Assembly (NCBI GenBank): GCA_016303065.1
Contig: JAEDMJ010000003.1
Location: 9,552 to 73,551 of the forward strand
Source of the DNA: Clostridiales bacterium
Lineage (GTDB): Bacteria; Bacillota; Clostridia; Oscillospirales; QAMX01
Direction: 5' to 3'
Length of the DNA: 64,000 nt
A program made the translations under genes and the position numbers. Shown here one piece after another: positions 34,984-44,998 of the stretch; within the stretch, counting starts at the first letter, position 1, and each line of letters opens with the position of its first letter. The notes below the pieces were generated by a model. It saw nothing but the letters and a program-made list of their open reading frames with translations. It made no database searches and was not told the origin of the DNA.

Positions 34984-37041
34984 TCAGCGCTGCTCGTATT
35001 GGTAAATTGTGATGGCGTCTTTCAGCATGTTCACAACTTCGTCCATGGTTTTCCCTTTGACCTGCGCTCCCGCAGTCGTGAAATGTCCCCCGCCGCCAAG
35101 CTTCTCCATTATCAGCTGGACGTTTATTCGGCCCAGAGATCTGGCGGAAATGCTTACCGTGTCCTCAAACGGGAAGAGCACGAAGGACCCCGCGACGCCC
35201 GTGATGTTCATAAGATCGTCCGCCGCAGCCGCCGCAAGCGCCCTGTCAACGGGTTTGTCGGAAACGCTGACAGCGTACATATTGTCCACAAAGACCGCCT
35301 TTTTGACGATCTCCGCCCGCTCGATATAGCTTTTCATGTCGCTTTGGAACATTTTCTTGATTTCAACGGATTCCGCGCCGTTCCTGCGCAGGTACGCCGC
35401 CGCCTCAAAGGTGCGAACTCCGGTCTTCACGGCAAAGCTCTTTGTGTCGAGGATTATGCCCGCAAGCATGGCGCTCGCCTCAACCCGCAGCATATCTCCC
35501 GAGTCCAGCATATACCCAAGTATTTCCGCGATCAGCTCGCACACCGAAGAAGCCGTGGGCTCGTGGATATTCAGAACGGCGTTGTCGATATAGTCCGCGA
35601 CGCGCCGGTGATGGTCGACGACCGCAATCTTCGAGAAAGCGGACAGAAGGTTCTTGTCCTCCACATAGTTCGAGCGGTTTGTGTCCACAACGACAAGGAG
35701 ACTGCCCGGTTTTATTTCGATAAGCGCGTCTTCCGGGGAAATGAACACGTCGCGGTACTCGGGAGCCTGCTCCAAAAGCCCGATCAAAAGTCCCGCGTTG
35801 TTCAGTTTTTTGTCGACGATTATCCTCGCCCGCTTCCCGCACTTTCTCGCGGCGCACACAATGCCCGCGGTGCCGCCGACGCTGTCCAAATCAGCGATGC
35901 GGTGGCCCATGGCGTAAACGTCCGTGCTGTCATTTATGAGACCCCGCAGGACATTGGACATGATCCTGCTCTTGACCTTCGTGTGCTTTTCCTTTTCGTG
36001 GGTCATTCCGCCGAAGAACTCAAAATCCTTTTTCGTCTTTATGACCGCCTGATCCCCTCCGCGGGAAATCGCCATATCCAGCGCCAGCGCCGAAAAACGC
36101 TCCGCCTCCGCAAGGTCGGAAGAATCCCGGCCGATGCCGATGCTCACGGTAAGAGGAACTCCGCTGGGCGCCTTGATCGATTTCACCCGCTCAAGGATGT
36201 CAAAACGGTCGGCAGCCATTTTTCTGACAGAACGCTCATCCGCACAGAACATATATCTGTCCCGGTCGGTCTTTCTGAAGATACAGTCCGCGCCGATCTC
36301 CTCGACCCAGGCGCGCATCGCCGTGTCCAAATCCGCCATCATTGAGGTTCTGACCGATTCGCTGCTCCCGCGGCCAATGTCCTCGTAGTTGTCACAGACA
36401 AGCTCTCCGAACACAAGGCGGCTTCCGTCAAGCTCTTCCCGAAGAGCGATCTCCTCCGTGCGCTCAATCCAGTAAAGCGCGGCGAAAAGGTTGCTGTAAT
36501 CCCCTTTTCCGGGGCGGACAATGCTCGAATATATCTCAAAGCTCCGCCCGTCGATCACTTCCGTCTCCGGCTTCTGAACCTTTCCCTCGATTATCCACTT
36601 CAGGTCAAATCCCGGAACAACGTCCTTGAGCTGCATCTGAAAATAGTTGTTCGGACAGCCGGTAAGGCGCAGGAACTCGTTGTTGCACCAGACAAGCTCG
36701 CCCGTGTCGACTTTGACAAGAATGATCGGAGCAGGCATATTGAGAAGAGAGTCGTTTACCGCCATGTCCGTGTTCACCGGCACCTTCTCATAATACGGCG
36801 TCAGCACCACCGAACGCTTTTTTGCCGCCGCAAGAGAAGCCGCCACCGCTCCGATGTAAACAACGAATTCCGCCGCGCTCAGATACCATCTTCCGGCATA
36901 TTTAAGCTCTATCCACAGCGTCGCCCCCACAAAGACCGGCACAACGGCATAAAGGACGACCGCAATTGCAGAAACGCTTTTTTTGACACGCTTTTCCGTT
37001 TTCAACCCGAATCCCGCGCCTTTCCGCAGCCCGGAGCACAA
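34984..37041 (-). CDS. gdpP: GdpP-type DHH/DHHA1 phosphodiesterase (cyclic-di-AMP phosphodiesterase architecture)
   Basis: Two N-terminal TM helices, a PAS-like and degenerate GGDEF-like middle region, DHH (VVDHH) and DHHA1 (GGGGH) motifs. Conserved position upstream of rplI. The start codon is uncertain (TTG at 37041 has a poorly spaced RBS). Confidence 0.8.
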   Translation of the reverse strand: MCSGLRKGAGFGLKTEKRVKKSVSAIAVVLYAVVPVFVGATLWIELKYAGRWYLSAAEFVVYIGAVAASLAAAKKRSVVLTPYYEKVPVNTDMAVNDSLLNMPAPIILVKVDTGELVWCNNEFLRLTGCPNNYFQMQLKDVVPGFDLKWIIEGKVQKPETEVIDGRSFEIYSSIVRPGKGDYSNLFAALYWIERTEEIALREELDGSRLVFGELVCDNYEDIGRGSSESVRTSMMADLDTAMRAWVEEIGADCIFRKTDRDRYMFCADERSVRKMAADRFDILERVKSIKAPSGVPLTVSIGIGRDSSDLAEAERFSALALDMAISRGGDQAVIKTKKDFEFFGGMTHEKEKHTKVKSRIMSNVLRGLINDSTDVYAMGHRIADLDSVGGTAGIVCAARKCGKRARIIVDKKLNNAGLLIGLLEQAPEYRDVFISPEDALIEIKPGSLLVVVDTNRSNYVEDKNLLSAFSKIAVVDHHRRVADYIDNAVLNIHEPTASSVCELIAEILGYMLDSGDMLRVEASAMLAGIILDTKSFAVKTGVRTFEAAAYLRRNGAESVEIKKMFQSDMKSYIERAEIVKKAVFVDNMYAVSVSDKPVDRALAAAAADDLMNITGVAGSFVLFPFEDTVSISARSLGRINVQLIMEKLGGGGHFTTAGAQVKGKTMDEVVNMLKDAITIYQYEQR

Positions 37042-37071
37042 ATCTCCGGCAAATATAAAACCTCTAAGATA

Positions 37072-37080
37072 ATTATATCA
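37072..37080 (-). promoter_or_regulatory. Extended -10 promoter element (TGATATAAT) upstream of gdpP
   Basis: Minus-strand TGATATAAT lies about 30 nt upstream of the gdpP ORF start. Confidence 0.4.
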
Positions 37081-37204
37081 GAAACATGAAAAAAATTCAA
37101 CACGTCCCCCCTCTTTTTTCCCGTTTTGCTTTTTTGGTCTTTTCTTCTCTCCTTTCAAAATATCCCTTCCCGGCCTTCGCTTCCGGAAAAGCCTGAAATT
37201 TTTT

Positions 37205-37262
37205 CCCCCCCAAAAAAAGAAAAAACATGGTTTTTCCGCGCCTTGCACGGAGAAACCATGTT
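37205..37262 (-). terminator. Rho-independent terminator after polC
   Basis: aacatggttt / aaaccatgtt stem (37224-37233 / 37253-37262), followed on the minus strand by TTTTTTCTTTTTTT. Confidence 0.6.
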
Positions 37263-37268
37263 TTCGGT

Positions 37269-40200
37269 TCACATATCGAACAGTGTCGTCTGGCGGCTTT
37301 CGGGCATTCCTTCAAGCGCGCCGAGACGGCGAAGATCCTTCACGATAGTGTCGCTGAGCTTTTTGCACCGGTCGGAAAGATCCTCCACCGACGCAAAAGC
37401 GCCTTTTTCCCTCTCCTCGGCAAGCTCGTTTGCCGCAATTCCGCCAAGGCCCGGAACCGCCTGGAAAGGCAGGCGCAGCGCCTTTTCTTCCCGGCAGATG
37501 CCGAAGAACTGGGGCTCCGACCTGTAAAGGTCGATCGGCAGGAACCTGAATCCGCGGGCAAGGAACTCGTGGGCGATCTCAAGGGTGCGCACAAGCTCCT
37601 TTTCCGTCTGGGTCGCCTTGTTCCCGAGGGCTTCCATCTCACGGATGCGCCGCTTCACGGCCTCATCTCCGGCAAGCATGGCGTCGGCGTCAAACGCCTT
37701 TGCCTTTATTCCGAAGAACGACCCGTAATACTCAAGCGGATGGTAAACCTTGAACCAGGCGATTCTGAGAGCCATCACGACGTAGGCCGAAGCGTGGGCT
37801 TTCGGGAAAAGATAACTGATCTTGTTGCAGGACTCGATATACCACTCCGGAACGCCGTGGGCAAGCATGAGCTCCCGCCACTCCGGGGTTATCTTCGGCT
37901 CGCCCTCCACCTTGGATTTTTTTCTGACTTTTTCCATGATTTTGAACGCCGTCAGTGGCTCGATGCCCAGCTTCATCAGGTAGACCATGATGTCGTCGCG
38001 GCAGCAGATGCATCCGCGCAGGGGAATTCCGCTGGCGACAAGCTGATCCGCGTTGTCAAGCCACACTCCCGTTCCGTGGGAGAGTCCGGAAATTCTGACA
38101 AGGTCGGCGATCGTTGCCGGTTGGGTCGCGTCAAGCATCCCGCGGACGAATCCCGTTCCGAATTCGGGGATTCCGAGAGCGCCGTTCGTTCCGGTTATCT
38201 CGTCGTCGGGAATGCCAAGAGGCTCGTTGGAGGTGAATATCCGGAGCACGGTCGGGTCGTTTATCGGCACGTCGTCCATCTTGATGCCCGTGTTGTCTTC
38301 AAGATACCGGAGGATGGTCGGGTCGTCCTTTCCGAGAAGGTCAAACTTCAGGACGTTTGAGTCGATGGAGTGGTAGTCGACGTGGGTCGTTATCATGTCG
38401 ATGTCTTTTCCCGCAGGGGTCTGTACCGGGGTGAACTCGTAGATCTCCTTGTCCTTCGGAATGACGATAAGACCTCCGGGGTGCTGGCCCGTGGTTTTTT
38501 TGACGCCCGTACAGCCGATCGTCAGGCGGTTTTCCTCCGCCTTGCTGAGGTGGAGCCCCCGCTCCTCGCAGTACTTTTTGACATAGCCGTAGGCGATCTT
38601 GTCCTTGACGGCAGAGACCGTTCCGACCTTGAAGACCTTGTCCGCGCCGAAAAGCTCTTTCGTGTGTTCGTGGGCTTTGGCCTGGTATTCTCCGGAAAAG
38701 TTCAGGTCGATGTCCGGCTCCTTGTCGGCGTTGAAGCCAAGGAACGTGGCAAAGGGAATGTCAAAACCGTCGCGGATCATGAGCGTTCCGCAGTTGGGGC
38801 AGTTCTTGTCCGGCATGTCCGGCCCAAGGTCGGCTTCGGGATGAAATTCCGAATATTTGCAATTCGGGCACCGATAGTGGGGCGGAAGGGCGTTTATTTC
38901 GGTTATCCCCGAAAAAAACGCCACGATCGACGAGCCCACCGAGCCTCTGGAGCCGACGAGATATCCGTTTTCCATGGAACGCTTGATGAGTTTCTGGGAA
39001 AACATGTACATAACGTCGTAGCCGTGGCCGATTATCGGCTCCAGCTCTTTGTTTATTGCCGTCTCAACGATCTCCGGCAGCGGATCCCCGTAGAGCTCCT
39101 TTGCCTTCGACCAGGTAAGCCGCCTCAGCTCCTCGTCCGAACCGGGAAGCTTCGGCGGAAAAAGTCCGTCGGGGAAGGGTTTCGTCCCGTCCTCGCACCA
39201 GTCGGCAACGATGTTTGTATTTGTGACGACAACCTCCCACGCCTTTTTCTCACCGAGATACGCAAACTCTTCAAGCATCTCGTCCGTGGTCCGAAGATAG
39301 AGGGGCGCCTGGTTGTCGCAGTCCTTGAAGCCCTCGCTGGCCTGGAGAATGGCGCGGAAGCGCGCGTCCTCCTTGTCGAGAAAGTGCACGTCCCCCGTGG
39401 CCACGACGGGTTTTCCGAGCTTTTCGCCCAGCCGCACGATCCGTCTGTTGAAATCCCTGAGATCGTCCTCGGTGTAATACTGGATCTCGTCCTTGCCGCG
39501 CTTTATGCCGTCGCGGATCATGAATTCGTTGTTTCCCAGGGGCTGGATCTCAAGAAAATCGTAGTACGACGCGATGCGCTCGATCTCTTCGGCGCTCTTT
39601 CCGTCGGCAATTGCGGAGTAGAGCTCGCCCGCTTCGCAGGCAGAACCGACGATGAGCCCTTCGCGGTATTTGTCCAGTTCAAAGCGCGGTATGACCGGGT
39701 TCTTTCTGCGGTTCAAATATTTAAGATGTCCGATGCTGACCAGGCGGTACAGATTGACAATGCCCGTCCGGTTCTTTGCAAGCAGAATTATGTGATACGT
39801 CTTTGCCGGCAGGCCGAGCGCGCCGCTGGAGGCGTTTTTATACTTTCTTTCCGTCAAAAGCCCGTTAAGCTCCGAAAGCTTCGCCGCACCAAGCTCGCTT
39901 TCGGCCCTCCGCATGAGCTCCGCGAAAATGAACGCCAGCGCCGCCGTGTCCTCCGCGGCTGTGTGGTGGCGAAACTGCGGGGCTTTAAGGTGTTCGGCGA
40001 CGACGTCAAGCTTGTGCCTTGAAAGCTCGGGAAGCAAAACCCGCGAAATCTCCAGAGTGTCCACGGACACCGGAGTCCAGTCCAGCCCGATGCGCCCGCA
40101 GGCCTCGGCAATAAATCCCGTGTCAAAGGAAGCGTTGTGGGCAACGACCGGCCTGTCCCTGCAGAATTCGCGGAAAGCCCGCACCGCCTCGTCTTCCTTC

Positions 40201-41696
40201 GGCGCGCCGGAAACCGTCGCATCGGTTATTCCGGTGAGCTTTGTAATAAACGCGCTGATGGGTTTTTCCGGGTTCACATATGTGTGGAATGTCTCCCCGG
40301 TCACGCCGTTTTTGACAATGCAGGCTCCGATCTCGGTTATGCGCTCCCGGCGGGCATCGGTCCCCGTGGTTTCAAGGTCAAAACAGACAAATTCACCGTT
40401 CAGCGGCTCGTCCGAGTCCCCGACGACGGCGTTGGATTCCGTTGTGGCCGTTGAAAAATACCCCTCGCAGCCGTAAATGATCTTTATGCCTTTTCCGGCC
40501 TTCAGGGCTTCCGGGAATGCCTGGGTCACGCCGTGGTCGGTGATGGCGATCGCCTTGTGCCCCCAGGATTTCGCCCGAGAAATAAGGCTTGTGGCGGTGG
40601 AAACCGCATCCATCTGGCTCATGGTGGTGTGCATATGCAGCTCGACGCGCTTTTCCGAACAGGTGTCCTTCTTTTCCGGTTTGTCCGCGCGGACTATGTC
40701 GAAAAATTTCAAAACGCGGTCCCCGTAGAAATTGTCCTGTTCCATCTCTCCGCGAACCTTTATGTAGGCACCGACCGTCAGGTTTTTCAAAAGACTGTCG
40801 CTGTTTTCGACGGCAATTATGCGCTTTATGCGGACCGAACCGGTCTTGTCGGTGATGTCGGCGGAGATGATCCTCTGGCGTCCGGAACGAGTGTCCTTTA
40901 CGTCCATGGCGAAGACCTCGCCGCACACGGCGACCTCTCCCACGTCCGAGTCGATCTCGCTCATCTTTATCGGGGCTTCACCGAAGTTCTTTCCGAAATA
41001 GATGTCCTCATCCGGAACGGGCGGCGCTTTCGGTCTTGGCGGACGCTTTGAAAATCCGTTCTTTTGGAAACGCGCCTGCTCCCGGGGCTCTTCCGTCCGC
41101 TCCGGCGGCGCTTTGGGCTCCGGTTCAGGGATGCTGTACGCCTCTTCCTCCGGAGCGAAGCGGACCGGAGCGCTCCAGCTGTATCCGCAGTCCGGCCCCT
41201 CGTCCGTACAGCACGGAAGCTCCTCCGGGTCTTCCTCGAAAACGACCTGCAGCTTTTCCGAAAAGGACTCCCGAAGTATCCGTTCGATCTCTCTTGCAAT
41301 TCCCGCGTCGGCCAAAAGCTCCGCTCCCGGAGTTTTCAGCGAAACGATGAACTTTCCGTTTTCCCGTCTCACCGAGCACCCGGAAAGCACCGCCCCCGAT
41401 ATGGGATCGCCCTTCACCGCGCAGTCGATCACCGCCGGGATCATCGCGTCTTCAAGCGCTCCGTAGACCGGCGTCAGTTCGACTTTTCTCAGTGTGTACG
41501 CACGCTGAATCCGGCGCTCAATACCGGAGAGCTCCGGATATGTAAGCGGACGCTCAAATTTCACGCAGACGTGAAGATATCTCTCTTCGCGGTCAAGGTT
41601 AAGCTTTGTGCACACTGCGTTCTGCACCGCTTCCCCCAAACCCGCTTTATCAAAATCCGCAAGCCTGAAGGCTTCACGGATGCTTGCCTGTGACAT
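37269..41696 (-). CDS. polC: DNA polymerase III alpha subunit, PolC type
   Basis: 1475 aa with PHP domain, inserted DEDD exonuclease (..FVCFDLETTG..), and polymerase core. This is the Firmicutes hallmark. Confidence 0.95.
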   Translation of the reverse strand: MSQASIREAFRLADFDKAGLGEAVQNAVCTKLNLDREERYLHVCVKFERPLTYPELSGIERRIQRAYTLRKVELTPVYGALEDAMIPAVIDCAVKGDPISGAVLSGCSVRRENGKFIVSLKTPGAELLADAGIAREIERILRESFSEKLQVVFEEDPEELPCCTDEGPDCGYSWSAPVRFAPEEEAYSIPEPEPKAPPERTEEPREQARFQKNGFSKRPPRPKAPPVPDEDIYFGKNFGEAPIKMSEIDSDVGEVAVCGEVFAMDVKDTRSGRQRIISADITDKTGSVRIKRIIAVENSDSLLKNLTVGAYIKVRGEMEQDNFYGDRVLKFFDIVRADKPEKKDTCSEKRVELHMHTTMSQMDAVSTATSLISRAKSWGHKAIAITDHGVTQAFPEALKAGKGIKIIYGCEGYFSTATTESNAVVGDSDEPLNGEFVCFDLETTGTDARRERITEIGACIVKNGVTGETFHTYVNPEKPISAFITKLTGITDATVSGAPKEDEAVRAFREFCRDRPVVAHNASFDTGFIAEACGRIGLDWTPVSVDTLEISRVLLPELSRHKLDVVAEHLKAPQFRHHTAAEDTAALAFIFAELMRRAESELGAAKLSELNGLLTERKYKNASSGALGLPAKTYHIILLAKNRTGIVNLYRLVSIGHLKYLNRRKNPVIPRFELDKYREGLIVGSACEAGELYSAIADGKSAEEIERIASYYDFLEIQPLGNNEFMIRDGIKRGKDEIQYYTEDDLRDFNRRIVRLGEKLGKPVVATGDVHFLDKEDARFRAILQASEGFKDCDNQAPLYLRTTDEMLEEFAYLGEKKAWEVVVTNTNIVADWCEDGTKPFPDGLFPPKLPGSDEELRRLTWSKAKELYGDPLPEIVETAINKELEPIIGHGYDVMYMFSQKLIKRSMENGYLVGSRGSVGSSIVAFFSGITEINALPPHYRCPNCKYSEFHPEADLGPDMPDKNCPNCGTLMIRDGFDIPFATFLGFNADKEPDIDLNFSGEYQAKAHEHTKELFGADKVFKVGTVSAVKDKIAYGYVKKYCEERGLHLSKAEENRLTIGCTGVKKTTGQHPGGLIVIPKDKEIYEFTPVQTPAGKDIDMITTHVDYHSIDSNVLKFDLLGKDDPTILRYLEDNTGIKMDDVPINDPTVLRIFTSNEPLGIPDDEITGTNGALGIPEFGTGFVRGMLDATQPATIADLVRISGLSHGTGVWLDNADQLVASGIPLRGCICCRDDIMVYLMKLGIEPLTAFKIMEKVRKKSKVEGEPKITPEWRELMLAHGVPEWYIESCNKISYLFPKAHASAYVVMALRIAWFKVYHPLEYYGSFFGIKAKAFDADAMLAGDEAVKRRIREMEALGNKATQTEKELVRTLEIAHEFLARGFRFLPIDLYRSEPQFFGICREEKALRLPFQAVPGLGGIAANELAEEREKGAFASVEDLSDRCKKLSDTIVKDLRRLGALEGMPESRQTTLFDM

Positions 41697-41719
41697 TGGT
41701 ACATCCTTTCATTGCCGCT

Positions 41720-42778
41720 TCAAAGGAGCGCTCTGAGCTCGTCCAGCAGAGCTTCAACGGCGGCGTCTGCCGGAACCTTTCTGAGCGGAGTCCCCTTTAC
41801 AAAAAGAAGAAATTCGTCAATTCCTCCGGCAAGGCCGACATCGGCCTCTCTGGCCTCCCCCGGCCCGTTCACGATGCAGCCCATGACCGCCACCGTCAGC
41901 TTTTTGCCGGTCTTCATCCCGGCGACGGCTTCGCTGACCTCCGCCGCGACCTTTTCGAGGCAGACCCGCGTTCTCCCGCAGGTCGGGCATGAGACAACGT
42001 TTATTCCCGACGAATTAAGCCCGGCGGCGCTGAGAATATCTTTCGCCGCCCTGACCTCCTGAACCGGGTCCCCCGTCAGAGACACACGGATCGTGTCTCC
42101 GACGCCCATGGCCAGAAGCGCGCCGATGCCGATTGCCGAACGAAGTCTTCCGGCTTCGTTCGCTCCGGCTTCCGTCACGCCGATGTGAAGGGGATATCTG
42201 AACTTCTCCGACGCGGCAAGGTTTGCCTCGATCGTCCTGGCAACGTCGCTTGCCTTTATGGAAAGACAGATGTCGGTAAAGCCGAATTTTTCAAGGGCGG
42301 AAATATTCTCCTCCGCACTCATTATGAGCGCCTCCGCGGTCGGCCCTCCGCACTTTTCCAAAATGTCCCTGCGGACCGAACCGCTGTTGACTCCCACGCG
42401 GATCGGAACTTTTCCCGCGGCGCAGGCCTTCGCAACGCGCCTGATGCGGTCTTCGGAGCCGATATTTCCCGGATTTATCCTTATCTTGTCCGCGCCGCTT
42501 TCCAGTGCGGCAAGGGCAAGGCGATAGTCAAAATGTATGTCCGCAGAAAGCGGCAGGGGCGAACGCGCCCGTATTTTTCCAAAGGCTCTCGCCGACTCCA
42601 TATCCGGCACGGCAAGCCGCACAAGATCGCAGCCCGCCTCCGCCAAAGCGGCGATCTGTTCACAGGCCGCTTCCACGTCCGTCGTCGGCACGTTCGTCAT
42701 GGATTGGATCGAGATCGGCGCGCCGGCGCCGATGACCAGTCCGCCCGCATTTATCGCCGTGGTAATCTTTCGTTTCAT
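41720..42778 (-). CDS. ispG: 4-hydroxy-3-methylbut-2-enyl-diphosphate synthase
   Basis: ..PISIQSMTN.., ..RINPGNIG.., ..VSCPTCGR.. motifs. Length is 352 aa. Confidence 0.9.
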   Translation of the reverse strand: MKRKITTAINAGGLVIGAGAPISIQSMTNVPTTDVEAACEQIAALAEAGCDLVRLAVPDMESARAFGKIRARSPLPLSADIHFDYRLALAALESGADKIRINPGNIGSEDRIRRVAKACAAGKVPIRVGVNSGSVRRDILEKCGGPTAEALIMSAEENISALEKFGFTDICLSIKASDVARTIEANLAASEKFRYPLHIGVTEAGANEAGRLRSAIGIGALLAMGVGDTIRVSLTGDPVQEVRAAKDILSAAGLNSSGINVVSCPTCGRTRVCLEKVAAEVSEAVAGMKTGKKLTVAVMGCIVNGPGEAREADVGLAGGIDEFLLFVKGTPLRKVPADAAVEALLDELRALL

Positions 42779-42802
42779 TTTACGCTGTTTACCCTTTCAA
42801 GT

Positions 42803-43837
42803 TCAGCCTTTAATCAGCCGCACGATGTCGTTGAAGGTGACAAAAACCATAAGCGCCATGAAAAGCACCAGCCCGGCAAGATGAACGTAGTTCTCATATT
42901 TCGGATTCAGCTTTCTGACTCCGAACAGGCCGAGAACAAGCTCAACGGCCAGGAAAAACACTCTTCCTCCGTCAAGGGCCGGAAGCGGAAGCATATTCAT
43001 AACCGCAAGGTTAATGGCAATAAACGCCGCAAGCTCAAAAAACACCTCGAGGCTGTAATTTTTTGCGGCGGAGGACATGACCGCCGTTATTCCGACCGGC
43101 CCCGACATATCCGTGACCTTCGCCGCGCCGCTGAACAGGTCCATGATGCTCATCCGTATCATCCGGACGTATTCCATCGAGATCCTTCCGGCATACCCGA
43201 GTTTTGAAAAAAAGGTCGCTTCCTTCGTTTCAAGATTTATGCCGTACCGAAGGCCCCCGCCCTCTTCAAACTCCCGCGGCACGATCTCGGCGTTCTCAAG
43301 CCTGACCTTTTCTCCGCCGCGGCGAACGACGATCGTGTGGCTGCTGTTTCCGCTTCGCGAAAGAAGATAGGCGATCTTTCCCGGATCAAGCACACGCTCC
43401 CCGTCGATGGAGATGATTTCGTCCCCGGCAAGAAGTCCGGCGTTCGTCCCTCCCAGGGCTTCGGGAAAGCCCGATATCACGTTCGTGGTAAGAGTTTTTA
43501 CCGGCATTACAAGTATGGCCAGAATGACAAGCCCCATCAGAAAGTTCATCGCCGATCCGGCGACAAGCACCAGAAACCTCGCCCAGACCGGTTTGTTGAC
43601 AAAGGCGCGCTCGTCGGCGGAACTTTCGTCCTCGCCTTCCATGACGCACGCTCCGCCGATCGGGAAAGCACAGACGCAAAAATCCGTTTCACCGATTTTT
43701 TTGCCGAAAAGACGCGGTCCGAGCCCGATGGAAAATGCATTCACACGGACGCCGACCGCTTTTGCAACAAGAAAATGACCGAGCTCGTGAACAACGATCA
43801 GGAGCCCGAAAATCAAAATTGCCAGAACAATATACAT
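42803..43837 (-). CDS. rseP: RIP metalloprotease RseP (site-2 protease)
   Basis: HELGHFLVAK zinc motif near the N-terminus, an internal PDZ, and a C-terminal ..NLLPLPALDGG.. motif. Confidence 0.85.
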   Translation of the reverse strand: MYIVLAILIFGLLIVVHELGHFLVAKAVGVRVNAFSIGLGPRLFGKKIGETDFCVCAFPIGGACVMEGEDESSADERAFVNKPVWARFLVLVAGSAMNFLMGLVILAILVMPVKTLTTNVISGFPEALGGTNAGLLAGDEIISIDGERVLDPGKIAYLLSRSGNSSHTIVVRRGGEKVRLENAEIVPREFEEGGGLRYGINLETKEATFFSKLGYAGRISMEYVRMIRMSIMDLFSGAAKVTDMSGPVGITAVMSSAAKNYSLEVFFELAAFIAINLAVMNMLPLPALDGGRVFFLAVELVLGLFGVRKLNPKYENYVHLAGLVLFMALMVFVTFNDIVRLIKG

Positions 43838-43846
43838 AAAAATCTC

Positions 43847-44998
43847 CTAAAGCGCACCGAGCGCTTTAAACGCCGCTTCGCGGGCAGCGGCGTCGGTTTC
43901 GAGAACGGAGTCAAGACTGTCGGGTTCGCTCCGGGGCACAGCGTCCATGGCCTCCCCGATAATATCCGTTATCTGCGTGAAACGAATCTTTCCCTCCGCA
44001 AACATCTGTCCCGCCGCTTCCGCCGCGGCATTGAACACCGTGGGCAGACTCCCTCCGAGCCTTCCCGCGCGCCGTGCAAGGCCAAGGGCGGGGTAAGTGC
44101 CGCAGTCGGGTTCAAAAAACGTCAGTCCGGCGTAGTCCGAAAGCCGCAGTCTCTCAACTCCGCAGTCCTCCGAACCGTTCCCGGTCAGCGCATAGGCGAT
44201 CGGAGTCCGCATATCCGGAACGCCGAGCTGGGCAAGCATCGCCCCGTCCGAAAACTCGATCAGCGAGTGTACGACGCTCTGCGGATGGATGAGTATGTCT
44301 ATGCGGTCTTCGCTCAAACCGAAGAGCTGCATTGCCTCCATAAGCTCAAGTCCCTTGTTGACAAGGGACGCCGAATCCACCGTCACCTTTGCGCCCATGC
44401 TCCAGTTCGGATGCTTAAGAGCCTCGGCAAGGGTAACGTTTTCCATTTCCCCGCGGGTACGGCCGAAAAAAGCCCCGCCGGAAGCCGTAAGCGTTATGCG
44501 CGACGGCATATCCCCGGGATTTCTCGCAATACAGCGGTAGATCGCGCTGTGCTCCGAATCCACCGGAATGATCGAAACGCCCTTTTCCGCCGCCCTCTTC
44601 CGCACAATCGGACCGGCGCAGACGAGCGCCTCTTTGTTGGCAAGCGCAATATCGTGCCCCGCATCCACCGCGGAAAGCACGGGCTTTAACCCCGCGGTTC
44701 CGACAATGGCAGCGACGACAAGCTCCGCCAGGGGGTTCGCCGCCGCCTCGCAGACTCCGTCCTCACCGGAGAGGACTTTTATTCCCGTGTCCGAAAGCCT
44801 CAGGCGGAGCTCACGCGCAGCGCGCTCGTCCGCCATCGCCGCAACAGCCGGACGAAACCTTCGTGCCTGTTCTTCCGCAAGAGAAACATTTCTTCCGGCG
44901 GCCAAAGCCGTCACCGGAATTCCAAGCCTTGCGGCCACGTCAAGCGTCTGGGTCCCGATCGAGCCGGTGGAGCCCAAAACAGATATTGCCCGCTTCAT
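43847..44998 (-). CDS. dxr: 1-deoxy-D-xylulose-5-phosphate reductoisomerase
   Basis: ISVLGSTGSIGTQTLDV.., ..PVDSEHSAI.., ..NKGLE.. motifs. Confidence 0.9.
   Translation of the reverse strand: MKRAISVLGSTGSIGTQTLDVAARLGIPVTALAAGRNVSLAEEQARRFRPAVAAMADERAARELRLRLSDTGIKVLSGEDGVCEAAANPLAELVVAAIVGTAGLKPVLSAVDAGHDIALANKEALVCAGPIVRKRAAEKGVSIIPVDSEHSAIYRCIARNPGDMPSRITLTASGGAFFGRTRGEMENVTLAEALKHPNWSMGAKVTVDSASLVNKGLELMEAMQLFGLSEDRIDILIHPQSVVHSLIEFSDGAMLAQLGVPDMRTPIAYALTGNGSEDCGVERLRLSDYAGLTFFEPDCGTYPALGLARRAGRLGGSLPTVFNAAAEAAGQMFAEGKIRFTQITDIIGEAMDAVPRSEPDSLDSVLETDAAAREAAFKALGAL

Noticed and set aside
37078-37315. Two minus-strand ORFs (64 and 72 aa) rich in Lys/Gly/Arg/Phe
   Set aside because: They are translations of the purine-rich spacer and the polC terminator. 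No RBS, homopolymer-driven composition.
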